Source: Pyrodictium occultum
Lineage (GTDB): Archaea > Thermoproteota > Thermoprotei_A > Sulfolobales > Pyrodictiaceae
DNA length: 32,000 nt
Reading direction: 5' to 3'
Assembly: GCF_001462395.1 (NCBI RefSeq)
Contig: NZ_LNTB01000001.1
Coordinates: 60,001 to 92,000 of the forward strand
Shown: piece after piece, positions 7,911-16,783 of the stretch
How the letters are laid out: each line of letters opens with the position of its first letter
Position numbering within the stretch: position 1 is the first letter of the stretch
Notes under the pieces: model-generated
Seen by the model: only the letters and a program-made list of their open reading frames with translations
Told to the model about the DNA's origin: nothing
Databases searched by the model: none
Program-made: the position numbers and the translations under genes

Positions 7911-8297
7911 TTGCTTAGGTTCAACCCGAATGAGCTTAAGAAGCAGCTCAAGAGGCTTGGACTGAAGAATGTTGACATAGAGACCCTTGAGGCTGAGGAG
8001 ATTGTTATAAGGAAGCGTGAGGGCAGAGAGCTGGTCCTCATAACCCCCCAGGCCCTAGTGGTTAAGATGCCCGGCGGGGCTCTCATGCTGCAGGCCTTTG
8101 CCCAGCAGGTCGAGGAGAGGGAGGCAGGGCTGGAGACCGTGGGAGCAGAAGTTAGCGAGGAGGACGTAAGGCTGGTGGCGGAGCAGACTGGGGTAAGCCT
8201 CGAGGAGGCCAGAAAGGCGTTAGAGGAAGCCGAGGGCGACATAGCAGCGGCAATAATGCTTATCGAGGAGAGGAAGCGAGCTGGCGAAGGCCGCTGA
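7911..8297 (+). CDS. nac: nascent polypeptide-associated complex protein (archaeal NAC, NAC + UBA domains)
   Basis: 128 aa with a TTG start. The N-terminus is NPNELKKQLKRLGL, followed by a NAC beta-barrel region. The C-terminal SEEDVRLVAEQTGVSLEEARKALEEAEGDIAAAIMLI is a UBA-like domain. Confidence 0.8.
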   Translation: MLRFNPNELKKQLKRLGLKNVDIETLEAEEIVIRKREGRELVLITPQALVVKMPGGALMLQAFAQQVEEREAGLETVGAEVSEEDVRLVAEQTGVSLEEARKALEEAEGDIAAAIMLIEERKRAGEGR

Positions 8298-8991
8298 CGA
8301 GCTCGTCGACGCTCTTCGCCAGGCTTAGTATCACTGGGACCCTCTCGCTCTCAGCCATCCAGAGGGCCAGGTAGTCCAGCTTACGCGGCCCATGCAGCAC
8401 TATGGCTGCCGGCTTAATCGTTGATACTCGTAGAGCTATCATCGGACTCCTGCCCGTGGTGACCCTAGTGAAGACTATCACGCGCTGCGTAGTAGAGCCC
8501 AGCAGGTGAAGGAACTCGCTCCCGCTAAGACTCATTATGGCCCTGAGGCTGTCCACAACAGTGTAGCCGTATATACGCTCGTTCAACAGGTATGAGTTTA
8601 CGGGGAACCCCTTCACGCTAGTAACCACCTTTTCCAGCTCAACGCCGCTCTCAAACTCGCGCATATCTATGACGGCTCCAAGGTAGTTTAGCTGAAGCAT
8701 TTTAGCCAGGTGGGAGACAACGCTCCATCCACGCTCGCTATCGATCTCCAGCAGCGCCTCAACGAACCTCCGTATAAACTGAGAGCCAGGCGTCCTACGG
8801 CCCTTCTCATAGTCGCTTACAACGCTGGGGGTGACGCCCATGTGTCTTGCCACGTCAAGCTGGCTGGCGGCGAATATCTCTCTCCACTTCCTGAGCACGC
8901 TGCCAGGACTTTCACTCATGACAATCTCTCCAGCGATATGCCTAGCTATCTTCTCGAGCACCACACGCGGGGGCCAGGAGGGCTCGACCAT
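8260..8991 (-). CDS. XRE-type HTH transcriptional regulator with a C-terminal uncharacterised domain (COG1709-like)
   Basis: 243 aa. The HTH segment is LRKWREIFAASQLDVARHMGVTPSVVSDYEKGRR. Its 3' end overlaps the 3' end of nac by 38 nt (convergent). Confidence 0.65.
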   Translation of the reverse strand: MVEPSWPPRVVLEKIARHIAGEIVMSESPGSVLRKWREIFAASQLDVARHMGVTPSVVSDYEKGRRTPGSQFIRRFVEALLEIDSERGWSVVSHLAKMLQLNYLGAVIDMREFESGVELEKVVTSVKGFPVNSYLLNERIYGYTVVDSLRAIMSLSGSEFLHLLGSTTQRVIVFTRVTTGRSPMIALRVSTIKPAAIVLHGPRKLDYLALWMAESERVPVILSLAKSVDELVSGLRQLASSPR

Positions 8992-9067
8992 CTCTCTTAT
9001 ACCACCCCTAATATCTACAGAAAAGGATTTAACCCCTATGCCCTCAGCCTTATAGTTCGAAATGGAT

Positions 9068-9152
9068 GCCGGGGTCGCCTAGCCTGGTAGGGCGCCGGCC
9101 TGCTAAGCCGGTGGGGGTCCACCCCGCGCGGGTTCAAATCCCGCCCCCGGCG
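9068..9152 (+). tRNA. tRNA-Ser: tRNA-Ser (anticodon GCT at 9102-9104), class II with long variable arm; CCA encoded at 9153-9155
   Basis: Acceptor GCCGGGG/CCCCGGC, anticodon stem CCGGC/GCCGG, loop CTGCTAA. The variable arm is 16 nt (TGGGGGTCCACCCCGC). T arm GCGGG-TTCAAAT-CCCGC, discriminator G. Coordinates were anchored on ORF 9066..9260. Confidence 0.85.
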
Positions 9153-9205
9153 CCACCGAGCTGCAGAGGGCCCAGACGCCTTCCCGTTCTCCCGCATCAT
9201 CCCAC

Positions 9206-9535
9206 CTACCTGCACTCCCGGAGGAGCTGCTGGAGCTTATCAACATCTACAACCATGTAGGGCTCCTTGCTCGAAGCATCTATCTTCTCCACTCCCTTCT
9301 CCCTGAGCTTCTCCAGGCACTCCCCGCATCTTAGCAGCTCCTCTACAACATCCATGAATCTCATATATCCTGTCTCCTCTGCCTCGTGGCGCCGCCAGAG
9401 GCCGTAGAGGGATATTCGAAGCCTCCTCTGGCCAGTAGCCCTAGCCATCGAGAGAGCCATTACCCCCCGGTCGCGTAGATAGCGGCAAAAGGTATCCATA
9501 AAAGCCGTGAGCGGGTCCATCCGATAGCTTCTCAT
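9206..9535 (-). CDS. hypothetical protein
   Basis: 109-aa ORF in the same orientation as, and 7 nt downstream of, the translin-like gene. No motif recognised. Confidence 0.4.
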   Translation of the reverse strand: MRSYRMDPLTAFMDTFCRYLRDRGVMALSMARATGQRRLRISLYGLWRRHEAEETGYMRFMDVVEELLRCGECLEKLREKGVEKIDASSKEPYMVVDVDKLQQLLRECR

Positions 9536-9542
9536 CGCCGAT

Positions 9543-10190
9543 CTACCCGCATCCCCTCCTAGCCTTTACGCTGAGGAGCAGAGACTTAGTATCATCTATG
9601 AGCCGCCGTGCTACGTCAACCTTATGCCTGACGCCTGGTATGAGCGCATCAGGGTACTCTAGTGCACGCATCTCGTAGTAGAGGGCTTCCATTAGGTCAA
9701 GTACTACCTCTGCCTCCTCCAGCCTGTCGGAACGCATAAGGTCTAGTGCAAGGCGGCGGAGCTCCCCTAGGACGTCGCCCAGCCCCTGGAGGTAGGGGAC
9801 CTCTCCCACTCCAAGGTCGTGGTGGCTGGGTATCTTCCCCTCAACCACTATGCTGTAGAACACTCTGGCCTCGACATACTCTGCTAAGACGTTGTAAACG
9901 AAGCCGCTCTCCAGCAGGAAGCTATCGCTCCTGGCAAGCTTCAGGAACTCTTTAACAATCCTATCCATATCCTCAATGTAGCCACGCGCCTCATCGACGA
10001 GGCCCCGGTGAAGAGCATTTATAGCCCAGCCGGACATCTTGATAATGTCCCGGCCGGTCTTTATCAGGCTATCCCTAGCCTCCTCCCTCCTGGAGAGCAC
10101 AGCGTCTATCTCGGATATAATGCCGCGAAACCTCTGAGCCAGCTCGTCTACACGTATCTCAGCCAGCCTCGGCACTCCCGCGCCGCTCAT
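9543..10190 (-). CDS. translin-family protein (COG2178-like)
   Basis: It carries EYVEARVFYSIV...VPYLQGLGDVLGELRRLALDLMR...DLMEALYYEMRALEYPDALIPGVRHKVDVARRLIDDT. This matches my recollection of archaeal translin-family proteins. I place the start at the internal ATG 10190. The track start at 10226 would overlap the upstream kinase gene even more. Confidence 0.6.
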   Translation of the reverse strand: MSGAGVPRLAEIRVDELAQRFRGIISEIDAVLSRREEARDSLIKTGRDIIKMSGWAINALHRGLVDEARGYIEDMDRIVKEFLKLARSDSFLLESGFVYNVLAEYVEARVFYSIVVEGKIPSHHDLGVGEVPYLQGLGDVLGELRRLALDLMRSDRLEEAEVVLDLMEALYYEMRALEYPDALIPGVRHKVDVARRLIDDTKSLLLSVKARRGCG

Positions 10191-10770
10191 GCAGAGGGGC
10201 ACCACCCAGGCTAGAGAGCTTTTCAAGCAAAAACCCTAGCTCATCCCCCTCTAGCACGGAGAGCCAGTCTATACAGCAGCGAGACACTCCCCTGCCGATC
10301 ATATCAACCACAAGTTTTGCAGCGTCATCGGGATCCATCTGGGTCGTATCAATCTCAACCACCGGGACGCCTTTATCCACCAGCCGCCGGGCCTCGGCAG
10401 CCACTACCCCCACCAGCTCGGCCTCAACATTCTCGGCAATCTTTGCTGGAGGCCACCCACGCCTCTGCAGCCGCTCCAGGAGCACCAGGGGGTTGCATCT
10501 CGTCACTACAACAGCCTCAATGGCATCGAGAATGGTCTCGAAGGGCTCCAGCCAGTGGGTCTCAACAACATAGTCCTGGTAGTAGCGGATCTCCCTTACA
10601 AGCCTATCATAGTCTGCTATGAAGCTTCTCCTATCAGCATCATAGCCCGTCCAGAGCCCCTTCTCCAGGACAATCCACGAGAGTGTTGTAAAGCGGCGCA
10701 GGAGGAGCCTGGCCACACGCGAGCCCACAAGACTCTTGCCGGTACCGGGCACACCCGCCACAACAATCAA
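10159..10770 (-). CDS. Fap7/AK6-like nucleotide kinase (ribosome biogenesis NTPase)
   Basis: P-loop IVVAGVPGTGKS at the N-terminus, then VVETHWLEPF and VVVTRCNPLVLLERLQRRGWPPAKIAENVEAE. This is the HxxH...VLRxxPxxLxxRLxxRGy..Ki.EN.eAE pattern of archaeal Fap7. Confidence 0.7.
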   Translation of the reverse strand: MIVVAGVPGTGKSLVGSRVARLLLRRFTTLSWIVLEKGLWTGYDADRRSFIADYDRLVREIRYYQDYVVETHWLEPFETILDAIEAVVVTRCNPLVLLERLQRRGWPPAKIAENVEAELVGVVAAEARRLVDKGVPVVEIDTTQMDPDDAAKLVVDMIGRGVSRCCIDWLSVLEGDELGFLLEKLSSLGGAPLHERRGSAEAG

Positions 10771-10897
10771 GACGCTACGCTCCCGTGGAGCAGGTGGAGG
10801 CTAAGACCCTACTAAGAGACTAATGTAGGCAGGGCGACAGAAAGCCCCTTATAGAGTGGTTCTACTCCTTTAAAAACGAGTTTGGATGAATAGGGGG

Positions 10898-12616
10898 TTA
10901 CTCCTCCCCTTCCTCCTTCTTCTCCTTCTCCTTCTCCTCCTTCTCCTCGCGGCGGGCGGCGGCGATTATGTCGTCTATCCTCAGCACCATGGTTGCAGCC
11001 TCGGTGCCGGCCTTGATGGCGTTAGCCTTGATGCTTACAGGCTCCACTACGCCAAGCTCCATCATGTTCTCAACGTTGCCGTTGAACACGTTGATACCAT
11101 ACCACTTGCCGTCCGGCTTGGAGTGGGCGGCGCGCAGCTTCATCATGATCTCCACGGGGTCCAGGCCCGCGTTCTCGGCCAGCGCCATCGGCAGGCCCTC
11201 AAGGGCGCGGGCGAAGGCCTCTACCGCTAGCTGCTCCTTGCCGCCAATCTTCGGAGCGATCTCGCGCAGATACTTGGACAGCTCTACCTCGACAGCGCCA
11301 CCGCCCGCGACTATCTTGCCGTCCCTTATAGCGTCGGCTACTGCGTGCATAGCATCCTGTATACTCCTCTCAGCCTCGTCAACCAGCCGCTCGAGACCAC
11401 CACGTATCACTATAGTCACCGCCTTGGGGTTGGGGCAGCCCTCTATGAACACCATCTTGTCTTCGCCGACCTTCCTCTCCTCAACTAGCTTGGCGAAGCC
11501 CAGGTCCTCTGGAGTTAGGTCCTCAATGTTGCTCACTATCTTGGCTCCGGTGGCCTTGGATATCTTCTCTATGTCGCTCCTCTTGACCCTTCTCACGGCC
11601 ATTATGCCCTTCTTGGCTAGGAAGTGCTGGGCCACCTCGTCGATGCCCTTCTGGGTTATCACCACTATGCCGGCCTTACCAGGCTCCATGCCGTCCCTCT
11701 TCATCCTCTCAACGGCAACGTTGTAGATCTTCTCCACCATGTCCTCTAGTATGCGCTCCTCCTCCTCGAGGAACTTCTTCAGGTAGGTCGGGTCGCTGAT
11801 CCTTATCTCGGCGTCGATCTCCGGCTTCTCCACCTCGAGCGGGGCGTCGAGCAGCACTATGTAGGCGTTCTCAACCCTCTTGGGCATGCCTGGGTGCACA
11901 ACCTCCTTATCGAGCACAATGCCGTAGACTAGCTGGGTGTCGCGGAGACCGCCACCATGCTTCTTTATTATCTGTATGCTGTCCAGGTCTATGTACCACT
12001 TGTCGCCGCGCTTCTCGGTGACCTGCTTGACTGCCTTGACTACAATCTCTGCCAGGTAGTCGCGGGCGCCGTGCACAGCCTTGCTGGTGAGGCTGGTCCT
12101 GGCTATCTTCTTGAGTATCTCATCGTTGTTTATGTCTATGGGCTCGGCCAGCTCCTGGAGCTTCTTTATGGCCTCCTCTGCCGCCTTCTTATAGCCGCTG
12201 ACTATGATTGTGGGGTGCACGTTCTTATCGAGGAGCTCCTCGGCTACGCGGAGTAGCTCACCAGCGAGTATCACGGCAGTCTTGGTGCCGTCACCCACCT
12301 CCTCGTCCTGGCCCTTAGCTATCTGTACTACGAGCTTGGCAGTCGGGTGCTGGACATCCATCTTGTCAAGTATGGTGGCGCCGTCGTTGGTTATAGTTAT
12401 GTCGCCGAGGCTATCGACTAGCATCTTGTCCATGCCCTTGGGGCCGTAGGTGGTGCGCAGAGTCTCGGCAATCGCCCGCACTATCATTATGTTAGCGCGT
12501 AGAGCCTCGCGGCCGTAGGTCCTCTGGGTGCCCTCCTTGAGTATGAGCACCGGCACACCGGTGGGCTCCACTGTGACCGCGCGCGCGGGCGCAGACATGG
12601 TTCCACCTCTAGCCAT
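10898..12616 (-). CDS. ths: thermosome subunit (group II chaperonin)
   Basis: 572 aa with [38 protein letters not shown] and [11 protein letters not shown]. It ends in an unusual Glu/Lys-rich tail ([16 protein letters not shown]). Confidence 0.95.
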   Translation of the reverse strand: MARGGTMSAPARAVTVEPTGVPVLILKEGTQRTYGREALRANIMIVRAIAETLRTTYGPKGMDKMLVDSLGDITITNDGATILDKMDVQHPTAKLVVQIAKGQDEEVGDGTKTAVILAGELLRVAEELLDKNVHPTIIVSGYKKAAEEAIKKLQELAEPIDINNDEILKKIARTSLTSKAVHGARDYLAEIVVKAVKQVTEKRGDKWYIDLDSIQIIKKHGGGLRDTQLVYGIVLDKEVVHPGMPKRVENAYIVLLDAPLEVEKPEIDAEIRISDPTYLKKFLEEEERILEDMVEKIYNVAVERMKRDGMEPGKAGIVVITQKGIDEVAQHFLAKKGIMAVRRVKRSDIEKISKATGAKIVSNIEDLTPEDLGFAKLVEERKVGEDKMVFIEGCPNPKAVTIVIRGGLERLVDEAERSIQDAMHAVADAIRDGKIVAGGGAVEVELSKYLREIAPKIGGKEQLAVEAFARALEGLPMALAENAGLDPVEIMMKLRAAHSKPDGKWYGINVFNGNVENMMELGVVEPVSIKANAIKAGTEAATMVLRIDDIIAAARREEKEEKEKEKKEEGEE

Positions 12617-12661
12617 CCCTTTGATGCGCTACGTCCGGGTAGGTTGCCTTCAGAGTGCTTC

Positions 12662-12669
12662 TATATAAA
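12662..12669. promoter_or_regulatory. TATA box (TATATAAA / TTTATATA) in the thermosome-rps17e divergent intergenic region
   Basis: This is the only AT-rich element between the two divergent starts. It lies ~46 nt upstream of the thermosome ATG (12616) and ~70 nt upstream of the rps17e ATG (12739). Orientation cannot be decided from sequence. Confidence 0.45.
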
Positions 12670-12738
12670 CCTTGCTCTCGGGGCTTCCACAAGGTATATC
12701 TCCCGCGGAAGAGCCGGGGCCGGTCCCGGGGGCATGTA

Positions 12739-13077
12739 ATGGGTAAAGTAAGGATCGGGGTAGTCAAGCGCACCGCGCGTAAGCTGCTGTCAATGTATCC
12801 CGACCTCTTCACAGAGGATTTCGAGCATAACAAGCGCGTGGTATCAAACCTTATAGAGACGCCTTCGAAGAAGCTGAGGAACCAGATAGCAGGCTACGTC
12901 ACCAGGCTATATAAGATATACAAGAGGACGGGGCAGCTGCAGTACCTTATAGAGCAGCAGCACGCCGAGGAGACCAGGGCAGCGCTGCTAGCCCAGGCGG
13001 CGCAGCAGCCGGCAGAGGCGGGGCAGCAGCAACAGCCCCAGCAGGCCGGCGAAGGCCAGCCAGCAGCGGAGAGCTAG
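12739..13077 (+). CDS. rps17e: 30S ribosomal protein S17e (eS17) with a Gln/Ala-rich C-terminal tail
   Basis: MGKVRIGVVKRTARKLLSMYPDLFTEDFEHNKRVV is the canonical eS17 N-terminus. I start at the internal ATG 12739, because the track start at 12655 runs through the TATA box. Confidence 0.8.
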   Translation: MGKVRIGVVKRTARKLLSMYPDLFTEDFEHNKRVVSNLIETPSKKLRNQIAGYVTRLYKIYKRTGQLQYLIEQQHAEETRAALLAQAAQQPAEAGQQQQPQQAGEGQPAAES

Positions 13078-13240
13078 ACATAAGCCTCTACAACAGCCCC
13101 GGGCCCGCACTAGGGAGCCCGGCTCCTTTACCCCCGTCCGCGCAGCACCCTTAGGCCACCCTGAGGCCCAAAAGCCCGGGGGCCTGAGCCCACGAGCCAT
13201 GGGATGGGAGTGACGCCGGCAACCGGGGGCGCCAGATGCC

Positions 13241-13858
13241 TTGGCGGGTCAAGGCCATCCAGAGCCTGTCAAGTTTAAGCCTGTAACCTGGCGCGAGGTA
13301 GAGGACGGCTGCGCGAGGATAGCCGAGCAGGTGCTAAGTAAGGGGATAAAGGTTGACGTCATCGTGGGAGTCCTTCGGGGCGGATGGATCCCGGCCAGGC
13401 TGCTCTCAGACTATCTAGGCACACCCGTGATGGGGGCCCTCGAGATTAAGTTCTACCGGGGGATCGGCGAGACCTCTGAGAGGCCCGTAGTCACCCAGCC
13501 CCTTATAGCCGACATAAGGGATAAGGTAGTGCTGGTAGTAGACGATGTAGCCGACACCGGGAAGACCTTCAACATGGCTGTGAGCTTCCTCTCCCACTAC
13601 GGGCCCCGGAGGATACTCACAGCCGCCCTCTACCTCAAGCCCTGGTCAATGTACCGGCCTGACTTCTACGCCGAGGAGACTGATGCCTGGATAATCTTCC
13701 CCTGGGATAAGGCGGAGACCGTCGAGGAGCTTGTAAAGAAGAGGGGGCTAACCCTCGAGGAGGCGGCGAGAATAACGGGTGAAGACCTTGGGTTCCTCAA
13801 GAGGGTTTTCAACACGCGCCAGCTGGGTACAGCTGCTGCCGGGAATAGGCAACCTTAA
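13241..13858 (+). CDS. purine (hypoxanthine/guanine-type) phosphoribosyltransferase
   Basis: PRPP-binding loop VVLVVDDVADTGKTF. About 205 aa with a TTG start. Confidence 0.7.
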   Translation: MAGQGHPEPVKFKPVTWREVEDGCARIAEQVLSKGIKVDVIVGVLRGGWIPARLLSDYLGTPVMGALEIKFYRGIGETSERPVVTQPLIADIRDKVVLVVDDVADTGKTFNMAVSFLSHYGPRRILTAALYLKPWSMYRPDFYAEETDAWIIFPWDKAETVEELVKKRGLTLEEAARITGEDLGFLKRVFNTRQLGTAAAGNRQP

Positions 13859-14300
13859 GGTCGAGCTGCTCTGCACCCGGTACCGGGAGGGGTTGGAGGA
13901 GGAGCTCAGCCCTGCCGATGGCCGCGAAGCACTGGTATCCCTGGTTGCGGAGAGCCTGGCTCGCCGCTACTGCCCGGAGGAGATAGCCTCCGCCGCGCTC
14001 GCGGTGTACGCTGCCAGGGTAAGGGGCTTTGGCATAGCTAGGAACCCCGGGATAGACCTCCTCCTATACCTCGCCGGCCAGCGCAACATAGCGGACGTCC
14101 TACATAGCTACAAGCCCCGGCCAGGAGGCCGTGTGCTGATCGTAGCCGTCTACCCCGCAAACCGACTGCCACAGAGCCTTATCCCCGGCGTCCTAGAGCC
14201 TCCAAGCTCCTGCACCGCCGGCAGCTGCGACCGGACTAGGGAGACGAGGCTTGCTGTCTTCCCGCTGCGCGAGCGGGTTTACCGGATGCAGGGCGAGTAG
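13779..14300 (+). CDS. cgi121: probable KEOPS subunit Cgi121
   Basis: DLLLYLAGQRNIADVLHSY...GRVLIVAVY resembles the Cgi121 signature (MJ0187: EILVRASGQRQIHEAIKIIG...NVCLI). The only in-frame ATG/GTG/TTG start is GTG 13779, which overlaps the PRTase gene by 80 nt, so the N-terminus is doubtful. Confidence 0.45.
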   Translation: MKTLGSSRGFSTRASWVQLLPGIGNLKVELLCTRYREGLEEELSPADGREALVSLVAESLARRYCPEEIASAALAVYAARVRGFGIARNPGIDLLLYLAGQRNIADVLHSYKPRPGGRVLIVAVYPANRLPQSLIPGVLEPPSSCTAGSCDRTRETRLAVFPLRERVYRMQGE

Positions 14301-14405
14301 GCCCCTTTTGATTCCTCATAGCCTCCGGGGAGGCCTTTAGGATAAGAGTTAAAGAAAAGCGCCAAGAGCGGGGAGCATGGAGCCCGCCAAGCATGGTGAG
14401 GCATA

Positions 14406-14519
14406 ATGAAATGGCTCATACTAGACGAGGAAGAGGAGTGGTGGGAAGAGGAAGAGGAAGAAGAGGAATGGTGGGAAGAGGAGGAAGAGGAGGAGGAGTG
14501 GGAGGAAGAGGAGTGGTAA
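14406..14519 (+). CDS. candidate micro-protein MKWLILDEEEEWWEEEEEEEEWWEEEEEEEEWEEEEW (37 aa, Glu/Trp repeat)
   Basis: ATG 14406 is preceded by the SD-like GGTGAGG (14395-14401). A TATA-like TTAAAGAAAA lies at 14349-14358 and a T5 tract at 14573-14577. An alternative frame from ATG 14393 gives an RGG-rich 43-mer. Coding status is unproven. Confidence 0.3.
   Translation: MKWLILDEEEEWWEEEEEEEEWWEEEEEEEEWEEEEW
14439..14516 (+). repeat. purine-rich tandem repeat, 30-nt unit x ~2.6 (TGGTGGGAAGAGGARGARGARGARGAGGAR)
   Basis: Unit 1 spans 14439-14468, unit 2 spans 14469-14498 and a partial unit spans 14499-14516. The + strand here consists of G, A and T only, with no C. Confidence 0.85.
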
Positions 14520-14563
14520 GGTAACGAGGGGCGTCGGCATACCTTGCCTTTCTTCACCGCCGT

Positions 14564-14577
14564 CTCCCCGGGTTTTT
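14564..14577 (+). terminator. oligo-T terminator candidate CTCCCCGGGTTTTT
   Basis: A T5 run follows a CCCGGG palindrome. The same 13-mer TCCCCGGGTTTTT recurs right after the fbp stop (19449-19461). Confidence 0.4.
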
Positions 14578-14664
14578 AAGGCAAGGGCTCTCAACTAGCA
14601 GGCCGAGGAGCGGCTCGGTGCCGTCACCACTCCCCATACCCCCAAGTTGGGCCATTCCTAGAGC

Positions 14665-14674
14665 CCTATATAGG
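14665..14674 (+). promoter_or_regulatory. TATA box candidate (CCTATATAGG) for ABCE1
   Basis: It is centred ~26 nt upstream of ATG 14695, spacing that fits a leaderless transcript. Confidence 0.5.
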
Positions 14675-14694
14675 TACCGTCATCTGCCTCTAGG

Positions 14695-16602
14695 ATGTAC
14701 GCGCCGCCAGAGCCTTATGAGCCGCTGGGCCTGTGGGCCTTCTCCTCAGGGAGCGCTGGAATGGTGAGGATAGCTGTCATAGATTATGATCTATGCAAGC
14801 CCAGCAAGTGCCACCAGGAGTGCATAGCGTTCTGTCCCGTAAACCTGACAGGAGGCAAGGCTATAGAGATGAGCCCAGAGAGGAGGAAGCCCGTCATATA
14901 TGAGGAGACCTGCATAGGCTGCGGCATATGCGTGAAGAAGTGCCCCTTCAAGGCCATAAGCATAGTGAACCTTCCAGACGAGCTCGAACGCATGCTGGTA
15001 CACCGTTACGGGGTTAATGGATTCAAGCTCTACGGGGTACCCGTGCCCCGGCAGGGGAGGATACTAGGCATAATAGGTAAGAACGGCACAGGGAAGTCTA
15101 CCGCCCTCCGCATACTCGCCGGCGAGCTGCGGCCCAACCTGGGTATAGTTGAGGGGGCGCCACCCGACTGGGACGAGATAATCAAGAGGTTCCGTGGCAC
15201 CGAGATGCAGAACTACTTTAAAATGCTCGCGGACGGCAAGATAAGAGCCGCACACAAGATACAGTACGTGGACCTTGTACCGCGCAGGGTAAAGGGGCGG
15301 CTGCGGGACCTGCTAGAGCGGGCCGACGAACGTGGATTATGGAGGGACCTGGCCAGGGATCTTAACCTGGAGCGTCTTCTCGACCGCGACGTGAGGCAGC
15401 TCAGCGGCGGCGAGCTACAGCGCTTCCTGGTTGCAGCTGTGCTGAGCAAGGACGCCAACCTCTACCTCTTCGACGAGCCTAGCAGCTACCTCGACATAAG
15501 GGAGCGCATACGAGTGGCAAAGGCCATCCGCAGCTATGTGCCCAGGGATAGCTACACCGTAGTGGTGGAGCACGACATAGCTATGCTAGACTACCTGTCA
15601 GACCACGTAGCCATAATGTATGGCGAGCCGGGAGTCTACGGCATAGCATCCAAGCCCTACGGTGTGCGCGCCGGTATAAACTACTTCCTCAAAGGCTACC
15701 TGCCAGCCGAGAACATGAGGATAAGGAGCGAGCCAATAAGATACACTATAAGCTTCACCCGGCAGGCCAGCGCTGAGGCGAAACGCTACATCGGCTGGAG
15801 TAGGCTCCTAGTGCGCCTGAACGGCTTCCGCCTAGAGGCCGAGCCCGGGGATCTCCACGAGGGCGAGGTGCTCGGCGTAGTAGGGCCCAATGGCATAGGC
15901 AAAACCACCTTCGTGCGCACACTAGCCGGCGAGCTGGAGCCCGCAGAGGGAAGCGTGGAGAAGCCAGAGGGGCAGCTCAAGGTGAGCTACAAGCCCCAGT
16001 ATATAAACCCCGAGGTGCTCGGCGAGGAGAAGACTGTAGAGCAGCTACTCAGAGAGGCCAACCCCTCCACACTCTCGCCGGGATCCTGGCTTAACGTAGA
16101 GATTGTGAGGAGGCTCGGCATAGACCGGCTACTGGACCGGAAGCTTAGAGAGCTAAGCGGCGGCGAGCTACAGAAGGTTGCCGTAGCCGCCGCGCTGGCG
16201 AGAGAAGCGGACATCTACCTACTCGACGAGCCCTCAGCATACCTCGACGTGGAGGAGAGGCTCACCGTAGCCAAGGCTATCAGGAGGCTCACAGAGGCCA
16301 GAAGCGCTGCCGCCATCGTTGTTGAACACGATATAGCGGTGCAGGACTACATAGCCAGCAAGATACTAGTGTTCACCGGCACCCCAGGGCGGCATGGAAA
16401 GGCTTCAAGACCCCTCCCCCTGCATGAGGGCATGAACCTCTTCCTAAAGGAGCTGGGCATAACGATAAGGAAGGACCCTGAAACCGGGAGGCCTAGGATC
16501 AACAAGGAGGGAAGCTTCCTGGACAGGATGCAGAAGAGGCTAGGCAAGTACTACTACTTACCGAGGCCCAGCGAGAAGGAGGAGGGAGAGACGGAGGAGT
16601 AG
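14695..16602 (+). CDS. abce1: ABCE1 / RNase L inhibitor homologue (ribosome recycling ATPase)
   Basis: Two 4Fe-4S motifs are present (CKPSKCHQECIAFCP, CIGCGICVKKCP). There are two ABC cassettes with Walker A GKNGTGKST and GPNGIGKTT and signature LSGGELQR/LSGGELQK. Orthologues normally begin at the MVRIAVIDYD position (ATG 14761). ATG 14695 is favoured only by TATA spacing. Confidence 0.9.
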   Translation: MYAPPEPYEPLGLWAFSSGSAGMVRIAVIDYDLCKPSKCHQECIAFCPVNLTGGKAIEMSPERRKPVIYEETCIGCGICVKKCPFKAISIVNLPDELERMLVHRYGVNGFKLYGVPVPRQGRILGIIGKNGTGKSTALRILAGELRPNLGIVEGAPPDWDEIIKRFRGTEMQNYFKMLADGKIRAAHKIQYVDLVPRRVKGRLRDLLERADERGLWRDLARDLNLERLLDRDVRQLSGGELQRFLVAAVLSKDANLYLFDEPSSYLDIRERIRVAKAIRSYVPRDSYTVVVEHDIAMLDYLSDHVAIMYGEPGVYGIASKPYGVRAGINYFLKGYLPAENMRIRSEPIRYTISFTRQASAEAKRYIGWSRLLVRLNGFRLEAEPGDLHEGEVLGVVGPNGIGKTTFVRTLAGELEPAEGSVEKPEGQLKVSYKPQYINPEVLGEEKTVEQLLREANPSTLSPGSWLNVEIVRRLGIDRLLDRKLRELSGGELQKVAVAAALAREADIYLLDEPSAYLDVEERLTVAKAIRRLTEARSAAAIVVEHDIAVQDYIASKILVFTGTPGRHGKASRPLPLHEGMNLFLKELGITIRKDPETGRPRINKEGSFLDRMQKRLGKYYYLPRPSEKEEGETEE

Positions 16603-16783
16603 CCCCGGCCGGGGACGGCAGCGCCTTAAGCCTGGCGCGATAGTCCATAGACCCTGACAGGAGAGAAGCACTCTGATACCGGGGGACGGAGCCCTACCAC
16701 TCCCTGTCAGGACGGCTAGGATCCTCAGAGCCAGAAACGCATCATCTACCACAGGCCCCGGGGGGTCGAACCCGGGGGACACG

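Noticed and set aside
10886-12449. Plus-strand ORFs inside the thermosome gene (poly-Leu 10886..11230; 10968..11726; 11957..12256; 12204..12449)
   Set aside because: They are antisense shadows of a strongly supported 572-aa chaperonin gene. The poly-Leu run is merely the complement of its Glu/Lys-rich tail codons.
14279-14557. 92-aa Ser/His-rich ORF (minus strand)
   Set aside because: It is the reverse complement of the purine tandem repeat. It has no promoter or SD context, whereas the plus strand has TATA, SD-like and T5 signals. It is kept only as an alternative under the micro-ORF finding.
16707-16745. Possible C/D-box sRNA on the minus strand (AUGAUGC ... CUGA ... CUGA)
   Set aside because: The C box is imperfect and there is no C' box. 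The D'-to-D spacing (14 nt) is too short for a second guide, and the terminal stem is weak.
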